From assembly GCA_049588075.1 (NCBI GenBank), contig JBAVFD010000065.1, forward strand, positions 1,870 to 65,869: DNA of 64,000 bases, read 5' to 3'. A program made the position numbers and the translations under genes. This document shows, piece after piece, positions 51,162-60,835 of this stretch (position 1 is its first letter; each line of letters opens with the position of its first letter). A model generated the notes under the pieces. It saw nothing but the letters and a program-made list of their open reading frames with translations, was not told the origin of the DNA and ran no database searches. Origin of the DNA: Thiobacillus sp. (GTDB lineage: Bacteria > Pseudomonadota > Gammaproteobacteria > Burkholderiales > Thiobacillaceae).

Positions 51162-51452
51162 ATGGCCAATCAAGATTCGCCAACGATCCCGACCCGCCTG
51201 GACGACCCTCCCAAGTTCATGTGGTGGGATTTCGACGTGGCCATGTTGTTCATGTCCTTCTTTGTATTTGGCCTCATTACAGGCTGGCTCGTGAGCTTCA
51301 CGGGGTTCGGGTTAGTGATGGCCTGGCTTTACCGCAAAGCCAAATTCGGCCAGCACAGAGCTTATGGCATGCACCTGCTGTATTGGCATCTACCCGTCAA
51401 CCTTGGAATGAAGGCAACACCGCCTTCGAGCATACGAGAGTTCATTGGTTAA
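51162..51452 (+). CDS. traL: TraL
   Basis: IPTRLDDPPK..WW.FD and MHLLYWHLP...PPS..REFIG. Confidence 0.92.
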   Translation: MANQDSPTIPTRLDDPPKFMWWDFDVAMLFMSFFVFGLITGWLVSFTGFGLVMAWLYRKAKFGQHRAYGMHLLYWHLPVNLGMKATPPSSIREFIG

Positions 51453-52042
51453 TGAGAATCGACAAACTGAGCGGCCAAGTGGCCGTCACTCTCGGTGTGC
51501 GCAGATGGGCTGTGATGATGTTCGCCCTGTCGCAGATCGCATTGCTCCTGATGTTGATCGCCTTCCTGACGCGAGGCGACACACATCGCGAAACACTGGT
51601 TCCACCGACGATCCACACAACATTCTGGGTCGAGGATGACAAGGTTTCCAAAGAATATCTGATCGAGATGGGCGTGTTTCTGGCCCAACTCTACTTCGAT
51701 GTGACGCCACAGAACGTGGACTTTAATCACCGCACACTCAAGTCATATATCGACCCCCGCTTCTACGGGAAGCTGGAAATCGAAGCCGGTGCTTATGCCC
51801 AAAAGATCAAGGCGGATAACGCCAGCACGTTCATGGCGATCGCGATGGTCATGCCGGACGAGGCAAAACAACGCATCGCTGTTCAGGGCGTACTCAACAC
51901 CTACCTGGGAGACAGCAGAACATCACAGGTGAACAAAACCTACGTATTTGAGTTTGGCCAACGCGGCGGCCGTGTGCTGCTGACCGGTATGAGAGAAGGT
52001 AAGAATGCTGCCCGACCGTTTGAAGAAATCACTGCTCCTTAG
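51452..52042 (+). CDS. traE: TraE
   Basis: N-terminal TM, LVPPT...FWV...VSKEYL and DVTPQNVD; TAATG overlap with traL. Confidence 0.9.
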   Translation: MRIDKLSGQVAVTLGVRRWAVMMFALSQIALLLMLIAFLTRGDTHRETLVPPTIHTTFWVEDDKVSKEYLIEMGVFLAQLYFDVTPQNVDFNHRTLKSYIDPRFYGKLEIEAGAYAQKIKADNASTFMAIAMVMPDEAKQRIAVQGVLNTYLGDSRTSQVNKTYVFEFGQRGGRVLLTGMREGKNAARPFEEITAP

Positions 52043-52736
52043 CCTTAGCCTTTTTTGCTTATTTGCCGTCCCATCCTCTCATGCTCTGCAGGTAGTGGAA
52101 GGCGTCGAGGGCAAGACCCTGTTCGTCAAGGTGAGTCTGAGAGACTTGAACCGCATCTCGATCGAGGGAGGCCGGGTTCGCCTGGTCAAGTCCGCCGACG
52201 ACGGAATGCTCACTGGCAGTGCGGACGCCACCACCGGGCAGGCCCTGATTCAGCCATTGGCCAAGGATCCGTTCGGAGTTTTTGTGTTCAGTCAAAGCGG
52301 GAGAACCTACACGCTGGTGTTGCAGCCCCAGGATATCCCAGGGGAAACCATCGTGATCAAGGAAGCGGCTGCCCCTGCTTCTGTTGCAGCCAAGCCAGGC
52401 GAGATTGAACGTGCCGCCAGTTACCAGCAGGCGATCAAGAAAATGATTCAGGCATTGGCAGGTGAAGGTTTGCCTGAAGGCCTGGAGGTAAAGAAGACCT
52501 GGGAGGAAATCCGCCTCTGGAAAGGCTCCCGTTTTGCGCTGGAGCATGTTCTCACCGGACATTCACTGGTGGGTGAACAGTATCGCCTGTTCAATATCAG
52601 CGACGCCCCGGTTCGGGTCGCCGAACAGGAGTTCTACAAAAAAGGCGTGCTGGCTGTGTCGGTGCGCGACTTGACCGTTGAGCCGGGTCGCAGCACCCAG
52701 GTCTTTGTGGTGAAACGGAACGAGGGGGTGCGGTAA
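52005..52736 (+). CDS. traK: TraK secretin-like protein
   Basis: Signal peptide, VSLRDLNRISIEGGR and RTYTLVLQP; lies between traE and traB. Confidence 0.88.
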   Translation: MLPDRLKKSLLLSLSLFCLFAVPSSHALQVVEGVEGKTLFVKVSLRDLNRISIEGGRVRLVKSADDGMLTGSADATTGQALIQPLAKDPFGVFVFSQSGRTYTLVLQPQDIPGETIVIKEAAAPASVAAKPGEIERAASYQQAIKKMIQALAGEGLPEGLEVKKTWEEIRLWKGSRFALEHVLTGHSLVGEQYRLFNISDAPVRVAEQEFYKKGVLAVSVRDLTVEPGRSTQVFVVKRNEGVR

Positions 52737-53992
52737 TGGCGCGAATCATACCCACCCTCAAGGCGTCGCCTGCCCGCAAGAAGCAACTAATGATGGCGGT
52801 CGGCGTCGGCGCCGTGATTGTCGGGGTGGCCTTGGCTGCTGCATGGTTCGCCGACTCCGGGAGTAATAAAACCGATCTAGCTCCTGTGGACAAGCCTGAA
52901 CAGGTCAGCCTCATAGCTGTTCCTGGTCAGCAGCTGAACGACAAGGATGTTTGGCGGGCGAACGAAGCATCAAAGATCGAGGCGCTGAATAAGGAAATCG
53001 CTGCGATCAAGCAGAACATGGTGAATATCCCACAAACCAGTGGTGGATCCATGCAAGGCACCGCCGGAGCTGGAATCAACGAAGTGCCGATGCCTCCCCC
53101 GGCAGCGGTAATTCAGCCCGGAGGAAATTTACGCCCGCTGCAACCCATGGGGTCGGCGGCATTGCCGCCCCCTCCCCCACCGCCTCCTGGAAGGCCTGGG
53201 CAGTTCACACAGCCTGGTATGGATCCGAATGCGCCGATGCAGACCGTGGTGAAGCGCGCGTTCACGCTCGAAGTCTCCGATTCGACGGTGGCTGCGCCTG
53301 CCGCACCGCAGGCGCGGCCACAAGCCGCCGGCATATCGTCCGCTACAGCCAAGGAAGAGAAGACATCGGCTGAGAACTATCTTCCTGCCGGGACGTTCAT
53401 GCGCGTGGTGTTACTGGCGGGTCTGGATGCGCCGACGGGTGGACAGGCGCAAAACAATCCGCATCCGGTTCTTATGCGAGTGCTCGATCCAGCCCAGTTG
53501 CCCAATCGCTACATGGCCGACATGAAGGATTGCGTGGTCACGGCCAATGGCTACGGCGACATATCTTCTGAGCGTGCATATATCAGGACAGATCGCCTGT
53601 CGTGCATCGATCAGAAAGGCGGGGCGGTCGACGTATCGCTTAAAGGGTATGTAGCCGGTGAGGATGGCAAGGCCGGGATGCGCGGAAGGCTGGTTTCCAA
53701 GCAGGGGCAGGCGCTGGCGAATGCCTTCCTCGCGGGGATTGGCTCAGGCATCGGGCAAGCGTTCAAGGAATCTTCGAGCACTGTATCGACCTCACCGCTG
53801 GGTTCCACCAGCACGGTGACGGACGGCAAGGAGTTGCAGGCTGGACTGGCATCCGGCGTTGGCAGCGCGATGTCACAGCTATCGAAGTATTACATCAAGC
53901 TGGCCGAGCAGGTTTTTCCGGTGATTGAAGTGGACGGCGGCCGCGTGGTCGACGTAGTGCTGACGCGCGGCCAGAGTATCGAGAGGCGGTAA
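52736..53992 (+). CDS. traB: TraB (VirB10-like)
   Basis: N-terminal TM, coiled coil, proline run, YLPAGTF, GYGDISSERAYIR..RLSC and GKAGMRGRLVSKQG. Confidence 0.95.
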   Translation: MARIIPTLKASPARKKQLMMAVGVGAVIVGVALAAAWFADSGSNKTDLAPVDKPEQVSLIAVPGQQLNDKDVWRANEASKIEALNKEIAAIKQNMVNIPQTSGGSMQGTAGAGINEVPMPPPAAVIQPGGNLRPLQPMGSAALPPPPPPPPGRPGQFTQPGMDPNAPMQTVVKRAFTLEVSDSTVAAPAAPQARPQAAGISSATAKEEKTSAENYLPAGTFMRVVLLAGLDAPTGGQAQNNPHPVLMRVLDPAQLPNRYMADMKDCVVTANGYGDISSERAYIRTDRLSCIDQKGGAVDVSLKGYVAGEDGKAGMRGRLVSKQGQALANAFLAGIGSGIGQAFKESSSTVSTSPLGSTSTVTDGKELQAGLASGVGSAMSQLSKYYIKLAEQVFPVIEVDGGRVVDVVLTRGQSIERR

Positions 53993-53997
53993 AGAAC

Positions 53998-54867
53998 ATG
54001 AGACCCCAAACCAGAATGAAAACCCTGTTGCCCCAACTGTTGATTCTGTCCTGCATGCAGGGATTTGCGCTAGCTCAGGATGTGAAAGGAAACACTGTTC
54101 TGGCGCCTCAAAATGTGAATATTGTGGCCGCAGATGCGGCCGTGATGGATGCCGGTGGTGCTGCGCGTGCAAACGATCAGATCGCGGTCCAGCGCAATCT
54201 GAGGTTGATGTACCCGAAGACACGCTTCGGAACGATTTCCCCCACCCCGCTGCCGGGTATATACGAAGTCGTGATGGGCCGCAATGTCGCTTTCGTGGAA
54301 GAGTCGGGGCGGTATTTCATTTTCGGGCGCATGTTCGACATGGAGAAGCAGGAGGACATCACCTCCGGAGCCGATGCTGCGCAGCCGGCGTCACCGGCTG
54401 TCGATTTCGCCTCACTTCCGCTGCAACACGCGATCAAGAGTGTGCATGGCCAGGGCCGGCGGACGCTCGCCGTGTTCTCGGATCCGGACTGTCCGTACTG
54501 CAAGAAGCTGGAGCAGGAGCTGGCGAAAGTGGATGACGTGACGGTCTACACCTTCCTCATGCCACTGGAGCAGCTTCATCCTGATTCGCGCGCGAAGGCC
54601 GATGCGGTCTGGTGCAGCAAGGATCGCTCGGCCGCCTGGTCCGCCTTGATGCTTGATGGCACGGTTCCCAAAAAGACCAAGGGCTGTGAAGCGCCGCATC
54701 AAGCGGTTCTGCCTCTGGCTGAGAAGTTGGGGGTTAGTGGTACACCTTTCCTGGTAGCGAGTGATGGCCGAACCATGCCGGGAGCTGCGGCTGCCGCGCA
54801 GATTTCCGCTTGGCTAGATGCCGTGAAGAAGCCTGTCGCAGCCAATGTTCAGGGAGGTACACAATGA
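53998..54867 (+). CDS. dsbC: DsbC-like thiol:disulfide isomerase of the T4SS
   Basis: FSDPDCPYCKKL and GVSGTP cis-Pro motif. Confidence 0.9.
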   Translation: MRPQTRMKTLLPQLLILSCMQGFALAQDVKGNTVLAPQNVNIVAADAAVMDAGGAARANDQIAVQRNLRLMYPKTRFGTISPTPLPGIYEVVMGRNVAFVEESGRYFIFGRMFDMEKQEDITSGADAAQPASPAVDFASLPLQHAIKSVHGQGRRTLAVFSDPDCPYCKKLEQELAKVDDVTVYTFLMPLEQLHPDSRAKADAVWCSKDRSAAWSALMLDGTVPKKTKGCEAPHQAVLPLAEKLGVSGTPFLVASDGRTMPGAAAAAQISAWLDAVKKPVAANVQGGTQ

Positions 54868-55424
54868 AAATCGGGTATCTGTCGCTCGCCGCCGTGACCT
54901 TGCTGGCTGCGGGCTGTTCTTCATTCTCCGGACTCTCTGGTTCTAAATCGGAACTGGCTTGCAAGGCCCCCGATGGGGTGATCTGCACGTCGGTTTCCGG
55001 CATTTACGCGAACTCCCTGGCCGAGGCCTTGCCGGGGCAGCAACAACCGAAATCCCAGGATATACCTTCGCAGGATGCTGGCAGCAAGGATTCAAAGGAT
55101 GGCGCGACGATGCCGCCTCCTGGCTATTTCTCCCCACGCGACCTGGCGACGCCGAACAGCGGCGATCCGATTCGCATGGCGCCTTTGGTGCTGCGGGTAT
55201 GGATCGCTCCTTGGGAGGATACGGATGGTGATCTGCACGATCAGCACTATCTCTACACCGTGGTCCACCAAGGTAAGTGGTTGATCGAAACCAGCCAGCA
55301 GCAGATTCGTGACGCGTACAAGCCGGTGTTCCCGCTCAGGGGTAAGGAAAAGCCCGAAGAGGAACGTCCGGTTGCAGATGACGCGATGCCCAGCGTATCG
55401 GGTCAGAGGAGCGGCAATCCATGA
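54864..55424 (+). CDS. traV: TraV lipoprotein
   Basis: Lipobox LAAGC, CKAPDGVIC.SV and P.VLRVWIAPWED.DGDLH. Confidence 0.92.
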   Translation: MKIGYLSLAAVTLLAAGCSSFSGLSGSKSELACKAPDGVICTSVSGIYANSLAEALPGQQQPKSQDIPSQDAGSKDSKDGATMPPPGYFSPRDLATPNSGDPIRMAPLVLRVWIAPWEDTDGDLHDQHYLYTVVHQGKWLIETSQQQIRDAYKPVFPLRGKEKPEEERPVADDAMPSVSGQRSGNP

Positions 55425-57997
55425 TGTCCGCGCTGGCGCAACCATTTGTTTCGCTCAAATCGTGGCTGACGCGCGAGGACGAACTTGCGACGCCATCCCC
55501 AGTGGCGGACGAGAACCACTTCACCACGCGGCAGGACTACAACCGCTTCTCTGATCTCTTGCCCTGGACGGGGTATTGGGAGACCGAGAAATTATTCGCC
55601 ATTGAGGGCGAGGCAGAAGGCAGCATCGAGGCGATTGGCTACGCCATCGAAATGAACCCGCAGACAGGCGCTACAGACGACATGGCGCGCCTGATTCAGG
55701 AAATCTATCGGGATATGCCAGCCGGAGCCGGGGTGCAGGTTCAGTTGTGGGGAAGCCCGGACATTGATGTCTTCCTGAACGATTTCAAGAAGGTGGTGCG
55801 CCCCGAATTGCTTCAGGACGACGCCCAGCGGTCATTGATCGCACGCATGACAGCCGAGCGTTCTGCCCATTACCGTAAGGCATCCCTCGTTCCGCCCGTC
55901 AGCTCGCGCCCGAGCGTGATGCGACGCTACCGGGTGCTGCTGTCTGTCACGATGCCGGTGAAGGATGTGGAATACCGCACGCTGGAACGCATCATCGCTT
56001 TGCGCGATGCCCAGGTATCCAAACTCAAGACGTATTACCAGTTCGAGCGGGTCTGGGGGGCGGAAGATCTCATGGCCTGGGTGCGCACCATGCTGAGTCC
56101 CGCACAACATTCAGCCGATCCGGTCTGCTATGACGACGGACAGGCATTGCGCTACCAGATGATTACCCGTGACACCGTGGCCTCGGTAGGCAGGCTCGGT
56201 ATCACACTGCGCTCGCCAAACGGGGATGCAGTCTGTGTCCGCGCGCATTCGGCGCAAGGTTATCCGAAGCAGTTCGACCTGCATCAAGTTGCCAGCATGC
56301 TGGGAGACGCCAATAAGGGATCCATGGGCTACCCCTGCCCCTTCCTCATCACCATGGGGGTGCAAATTCTGAATTACGACGAGCACAAGAATCTGACGCA
56401 GATGAAAACGGCTCGGGCGATTCAGGTTTCGGAAAGCCCGATGGGGAAAGCGCTGCCGGACGTGAGTAAGCGAGCTGCGGACTGGAAATTGTTGCAGAAC
56501 GCCTACGACGAGGGGGGAGGTGCATTGCGTCTTTACCATCAGGTGCTGCTTTTCCCCAGTCCGGATGCCGTAGCCGAAGCGGACGAGGCGGCCAGAGCCA
56601 TCTGGCGCAGCCTGGGCTTCGCACTGAGCCCCGACACCTATATGCAGACCCAGGCGCTGATGTCCTCGCTGCCGATGGCACTCGGGCCCTCCCTGCAACG
56701 CGACATCAAGATCGCGCAGCGGTTTTCCACCAAAACGACCGCCAACGCGGCCAATCTGTCGCCTGTTCTGGGCGAATGGCGCGGTGTCGGGGCTCCGGTG
56801 CTGACCTTCACGGGGCGTAATGGCCAGACCATAGGCGTGAATCTGTTCGACAACCCGTCTGGCAACTACAACGGTTGCGTGGTGGGCACGTCCGGGTCAG
56901 GCAAATCCGCATTCCTGAACGAACTTGCCGAACGCTATCTGGCGATGGGGGCGAAGGTCTGGATTATCGACGTGGGTCGTTCCTACGAGAAGTTGTGTCA
57001 CGCGCTCGGCGGCCAATACATCGAGTTCACTAAGGAAGCGAATGTCGTCCTCAATCCGTTCACCATGGTGAACGACATCGACGAAGACATGGAGATGTTG
57101 AAGCCGTTGATCGCCCAGATGATCTCCCCTGGACGCCGACTGTCAGATTACGAGCTGTCCCAGCTCGAACTGGCGATTCGAGGCCTTTGGGAAGAGCGCG
57201 GGCCGCGATCGAGTATCGACCTGCTGGCGGAGAAGCTGAAGCTCGCCTGTCACGATGGCGGCACGCTTGAGAATGGCGAGGAAGAGGCCTGCGATCCGCG
57301 CATCCGCGATCTGGCGGTGCAGCTGACTTCCTACACCTCGCTGGGCAGCTACGGCCATTACTTTGAAGGTCAGCACACGGTCAATTTCAATTCCAATCTG
57401 GTGGTCCTGGAGCTGGAAGAATTGAAATCCAAGAAAGACCTGCAGGCGGTCGCACTCTTCATCCTGATGTACCGCATCACCCAGGAAATGTACCTGGCGC
57501 CGCGTGAGCAGCCCAAAGTGGTGATCCTGGATGAAGCCTGGGATTTGCTCACGGGCGGGCAGACGGGTGACTTCATCGAGGCGGGCTACCGCCGCGCTCG
57601 GAAATACGGCGGTGCCTTCCTGACGGGCACACAGGGCATCAACGACTACTACCGTAGCGCAGCCTCACAGGCCGCACTGGAAAACGCTGACTGGCTGTTC
57701 ATGCTCCGGCAGAAGCAGGAGTCCATTGCCAAGCTCGAAGAGAAGCTAGCCTTCACGCCGCACATGGCTCACCTCGTCAGCAGCTTGCGCACCGAACAGG
57801 GCAACTATTCGGAAGTGTTCGTCTCCTGTGGCCAGGCTGGTTACGGGGTCGGGATGCTACTGCTTGACCCCTACTCCCAACTCATGGGTTCGGCCAACGC
57901 ACGCGATTTCTCAGCGGTACGGCAGAAGCTTGAAATTGGCTTGTCCATGGCCGATGCGGTCGATGCCGTGCTACAGGATCGGAAGGCGGCGAGATGA
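55421..57997 (+). CDS. traC: TraC (VirB4-like ATPase)
   Basis: Walker A GTSGSGKS, IIDVGRSY, Walker B VILDEAW and RRARKYGGAF. Confidence 0.96.
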   Translation: MMSALAQPFVSLKSWLTREDELATPSPVADENHFTTRQDYNRFSDLLPWTGYWETEKLFAIEGEAEGSIEAIGYAIEMNPQTGATDDMARLIQEIYRDMPAGAGVQVQLWGSPDIDVFLNDFKKVVRPELLQDDAQRSLIARMTAERSAHYRKASLVPPVSSRPSVMRRYRVLLSVTMPVKDVEYRTLERIIALRDAQVSKLKTYYQFERVWGAEDLMAWVRTMLSPAQHSADPVCYDDGQALRYQMITRDTVASVGRLGITLRSPNGDAVCVRAHSAQGYPKQFDLHQVASMLGDANKGSMGYPCPFLITMGVQILNYDEHKNLTQMKTARAIQVSESPMGKALPDVSKRAADWKLLQNAYDEGGGALRLYHQVLLFPSPDAVAEADEAARAIWRSLGFALSPDTYMQTQALMSSLPMALGPSLQRDIKIAQRFSTKTTANAANLSPVLGEWRGVGAPVLTFTGRNGQTIGVNLFDNPSGNYNGCVVGTSGSGKSAFLNELAERYLAMGAKVWIIDVGRSYEKLCHALGGQYIEFTKEANVVLNPFTMVNDIDEDMEMLKPLIAQMISPGRRLSDYELSQLELAIRGLWEERGPRSSIDLLAEKLKLACHDGGTLENGEEEACDPRIRDLAVQLTSYTSLGSYGHYFEGQHTVNFNSNLVVLELEELKSKKDLQAVALFILMYRITQEMYLAPREQPKVVILDEAWDLLTGGQTGDFIEAGYRRARKYGGAFLTGTQGINDYYRSAASQAALENADWLFMLRQKQESIAKLEEKLAFTPHMAHLVSSLRTEQGNYSEVFVSCGQAGYGVGMLLLDPYSQLMGSANARDFSAVRQKLEIGLSMADAVDAVLQDRKAAR

Positions 57998-58476
57998 CCG
58001 AGTTTACAAGGGACGAGAGTAATTCAATTGAAGCACCGGCTACGGAAGATCAGGCCGGGGCTCAGCCTGAGATGGGGAGTGATTTTCTTATGGTGAGCTG
58101 GATTTCGTTGTTGATGGCATTGCTCGTCTCAACAGTGACGCTTGCGGCATACCACTTCTGGCTAGCGAAACCGACCGCTGGATTCGCGGTGGTAGACCTC
58201 GCCAGTGTCGTCAAAATCAAGGAAACCGAATTCACCACTTTGCTCTCCCGGCCGAATGTCAGCGACGAGGACCGGAAGGCTGCTTATCTGATGGTCAGCA
58301 GGATCGGCCCTGCGATCGAACACGCAGTGGACAGGCTGCAGAAGGACTGCGGCTGCACCATCGTGGTGAAGTCGGCGGTGATCGCGGGACCGGCCGAGGA
58401 TCTGACGCCGCGTTTGAAAGTGATGCTCGGTATGTCGCCAGGTACTGAGGCTCAAGGCAGCGGAGTGAAACCATGA
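57994..58476 (+). CDS. Conserved T4SS-associated single-TM protein (position of GGI ybe)
   Basis: One TM segment followed by FAVVDL; ATGA-coupled to traC and to the peptidase gene. Confidence 0.7.
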   Translation: MTEFTRDESNSIEAPATEDQAGAQPEMGSDFLMVSWISLLMALLVSTVTLAAYHFWLAKPTAGFAVVDLASVVKIKETEFTTLLSRPNVSDEDRKAAYLMVSRIGPAIEHAVDRLQKDCGCTIVVKSAVIAGPAEDLTPRLKVMLGMSPGTEAQGSGVKP

Positions 58477-59018
58477 TGAAGACCGTAGTCGCCCCAGGCG
58501 CGGGCAACTTATGGAATCGCTGGATGGTTTACTGGCATACCGAGATGATTCCCCATCTCCGCCGCAACTGGATGTTTTGGAGCGGGCTAGTGGGCGCCAT
58601 CCTGCTCTTCAATGCGTTCTTCACGTTGGCGATTACGGTCACGGAAAGCCTGCCATACCGGGTGTTTGTGGTGATCAAGGGCGACCTGAATATCAAGCGC
58701 GGCGATTACATCGCCTGGCGCTGGGCGGGCGGTGGGCCGTACAAAGCTGGGCTTTCGTTCGTGAAACAGGTGCGTGGCATTGCGGGCGACACCGTGACCT
58801 CAGAGGGTCGGGATTTTTTCGTAAACGGGGAGTACATGAGCACCGCCAAGCCGCGCACCCGGACAGGCGAGCCGTTGGCGCTTGGCCCGACCGGCGTGAT
58901 TCCGGCCAACCATTTCTATGTTTACGCACCCCACAAGGATTCGCTGGATTCGCGTTTTGCGCTGACGGGCTGGGTTCCGCTTAAGCGTGTCTCCGGGCGT
59001 GCGATCCCGCTGTTTTGA
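58473..59018 (+). CDS. S26 signal-peptidase-like pilin maturase (TrhF / GGI TrbI type)
   Basis: TESLP (Ser), FVKQV.G..GD (Lys) and DSLDSRF..GWV. Confidence 0.9.
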   Translation: MMKTVVAPGAGNLWNRWMVYWHTEMIPHLRRNWMFWSGLVGAILLFNAFFTLAITVTESLPYRVFVVIKGDLNIKRGDYIAWRWAGGGPYKAGLSFVKQVRGIAGDTVTSEGRDFFVNGEYMSTAKPRTRTGEPLALGPTGVIPANHFYVYAPHKDSLDSRFALTGWVPLKRVSGRAIPLF

Positions 59019-59019
59019 C

Positions 59020-59643
59020 ATGATCAAGATGGTTCTGGCGATGATTCTGTGTGGGTTGATCATGTATCCGGCCTGGGCTCAGGAGATTTTGGGGCCGTCC
59101 TATCCCATCACCGAACCGGACATGCTTGAAGCGATACAGGACAAGCTCAAGTCCATGGAAAAAAACGGTCGTCTTGGCCAGCTTCAGAGAGAAGCCATCG
59201 AGCGATCGAAACAAAGCATCGAGCGGCCGGACCCAGTGAAGGGCATCGTCAAGACGCGCCAGCCGCGCACCTTCTACTTTGATCCGTCGTGGCGCGTCCC
59301 GCGCGATATCACCACGCCAGAGGGCAAAGTCATCGCTCGTGCGGGTGACATGGTCAACCCGCTCGACTATGTGCCCCTTTCCAATCACCTGTTTTTCTTC
59401 GATCAGAGCGACCCGAAGCAGGTAAAGAAAGCCGCTGAGATTATCAAGCGCTTCAATGGAGCGGTGAAGCCGATTCTGGTCGCGGGTGAACCCTTGGCGC
59501 TCACCCGACAGTGGAAACGGCAGGTGTACTTCGACCAGAGCGGGCATCTGGTCATGCGCTTCGGGATCAAGCAGGTTCCTGCGCTGGTGTCGCAAGAGGT
59601 AGCGCAAAGGCGCTTGCGCATCGACGAAATGAAAGCTGAGTGA
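59020..59643 (+). CDS. traW: TraW
   Basis: GPSYPITEPDML, RTFYFDPS, VNPLDYV, YFDQSG and FGIKQVPA. Confidence 0.93.
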   Translation: MIKMVLAMILCGLIMYPAWAQEILGPSYPITEPDMLEAIQDKLKSMEKNGRLGQLQREAIERSKQSIERPDPVKGIVKTRQPRTFYFDPSWRVPRDITTPEGKVIARAGDMVNPLDYVPLSNHLFFFDQSDPKQVKKAAEIIKRFNGAVKPILVAGEPLALTRQWKRQVYFDQSGHLVMRFGIKQVPALVSQEVAQRRLRIDEMKAE

Positions 59644-59825
59644 ACGTGAATACTTTTACCTGTATTACCGATCCCGGACTGACCCTGCAAATTGCTGAAT
59701 GGTCAGATATCAACAGGCGGCATTGTGGCATTACCAGGATCGTGGCCTGGGACGACGTCCGGCTGCAAAGCCTGATCATCAAGCTGACAGAGAAGCCCGT
59801 GGGCTTGCTGGGAAGGTTTAACTGA
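59640..59825 (+). CDS. Small hypothetical ORF coupled between traW and traU (61 aa)
   Basis: GTG overlaps the traW stop (GTGA) and TGA overlaps the traU start (TGATG); no family recognised. Confidence 0.45.
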   Translation: MNVNTFTCITDPGLTLQIAEWSDINRRHCGITRIVAWDDVRLQSLIIKLTEKPVGLLGRFN

Positions 59826-60832
59826 TGGGCTCGCTGCTCCGGAACATTCGTGCTGTTCTGGTGCTTGCCTTTGCGGTTTCGCCCGGTTCATGGGCTGCAA
59901 CGACCACTTGCACCGGAAAGTTCATGAATCCGATCACGGATATTTGCTGGTCGTGCGCGTTTCCGCTCAAGGTCGGCGGCACCACGATCATGGATTTTGG
60001 TCAGGAGGATTTTGATAGCGGCGTGAGCAACCCGCTGTGCGCATGCTCAAGCCCGCCCAAGGTGGGTTTGAGCATCAGTTTCTACGAACCGGCGCGGCTG
60101 GTCGAGGTGGTGCGCAAACCCTACTGCTTCCCCTCCCTTGGCGGGATTACCATCGATCCCGGCGTGCCGGCACCAGCGCATGTACAAACGCGTGGGGGTA
60201 AATCGTTCTATCAGGCTCACTGGTACATCAGCCCCCTGATGTTCTGGCTGGAAGTCATCGTCGATAACCCGTGCCTGGAACAGAATGTTTTCGACCTGGT
60301 GTATTTCACCGAGCTTGATCCGCTGTGGGCGGACTCGGAGCTGACCTTCATCCTCAATCCTGATGCCGTGCTGTTTGCCAATCCGTTGGCTCAGGGCGCC
60401 TGCGCCGCGGATTGCGTGGCTGCCACGGCGGGCTTTCCCCTGAACGAGCTTTTCTGGTGCGCGGGCTGCCAGGGATCCATGTACCCGCTCAATGGCTGGG
60501 TGGGTAACCATGTCGGCGCCGTGCAGGCCTCGACACTCATTGCCCAGCGCATGACCAACAAGATGCACCGCGAATTGCTGGTCTGGGGCGCGCACGGAAC
60601 GTCGGGGCAGTGCGGTTACTACCCCATTCCGCTCATGGACAAGCGCGCCTATAAGACCCAGATGACCTACCCCATCCCCAACACCAAAAAAGAGGATGGC
60701 AAATGCTGTTCAACCATGGGACGCACAACGGTCATTTCAGGCGCAGGAAAGGAGTTCCCATACAAGGGCGAGGATTTCGCTTACATGCTCTTCCGCAAGC
60801 GGGACTGCTGCCAGGGGGCCTTTGGATTCTGA
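59825..60832 (+). CDS. traU: TraU
   Basis: CTGKFMNPITDICWSCAFP, YFTELDPLW and FWCAGCQG; Cys-rich. Confidence 0.95.
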   Translation: MGSLLRNIRAVLVLAFAVSPGSWAATTTCTGKFMNPITDICWSCAFPLKVGGTTIMDFGQEDFDSGVSNPLCACSSPPKVGLSISFYEPARLVEVVRKPYCFPSLGGITIDPGVPAPAHVQTRGGKSFYQAHWYISPLMFWLEVIVDNPCLEQNVFDLVYFTELDPLWADSELTFILNPDAVLFANPLAQGACAADCVAATAGFPLNELFWCAGCQGSMYPLNGWVGNHVGAVQASTLIAQRMTNKMHRELLVWGAHGTSGQCGYYPIPLMDKRAYKTQMTYPIPNTKKEDGKCCSTMGRTTVISGAGKEFPYKGEDFAYMLFRKRDCCQGAFGF

Positions 60833-60835
60833 TCG

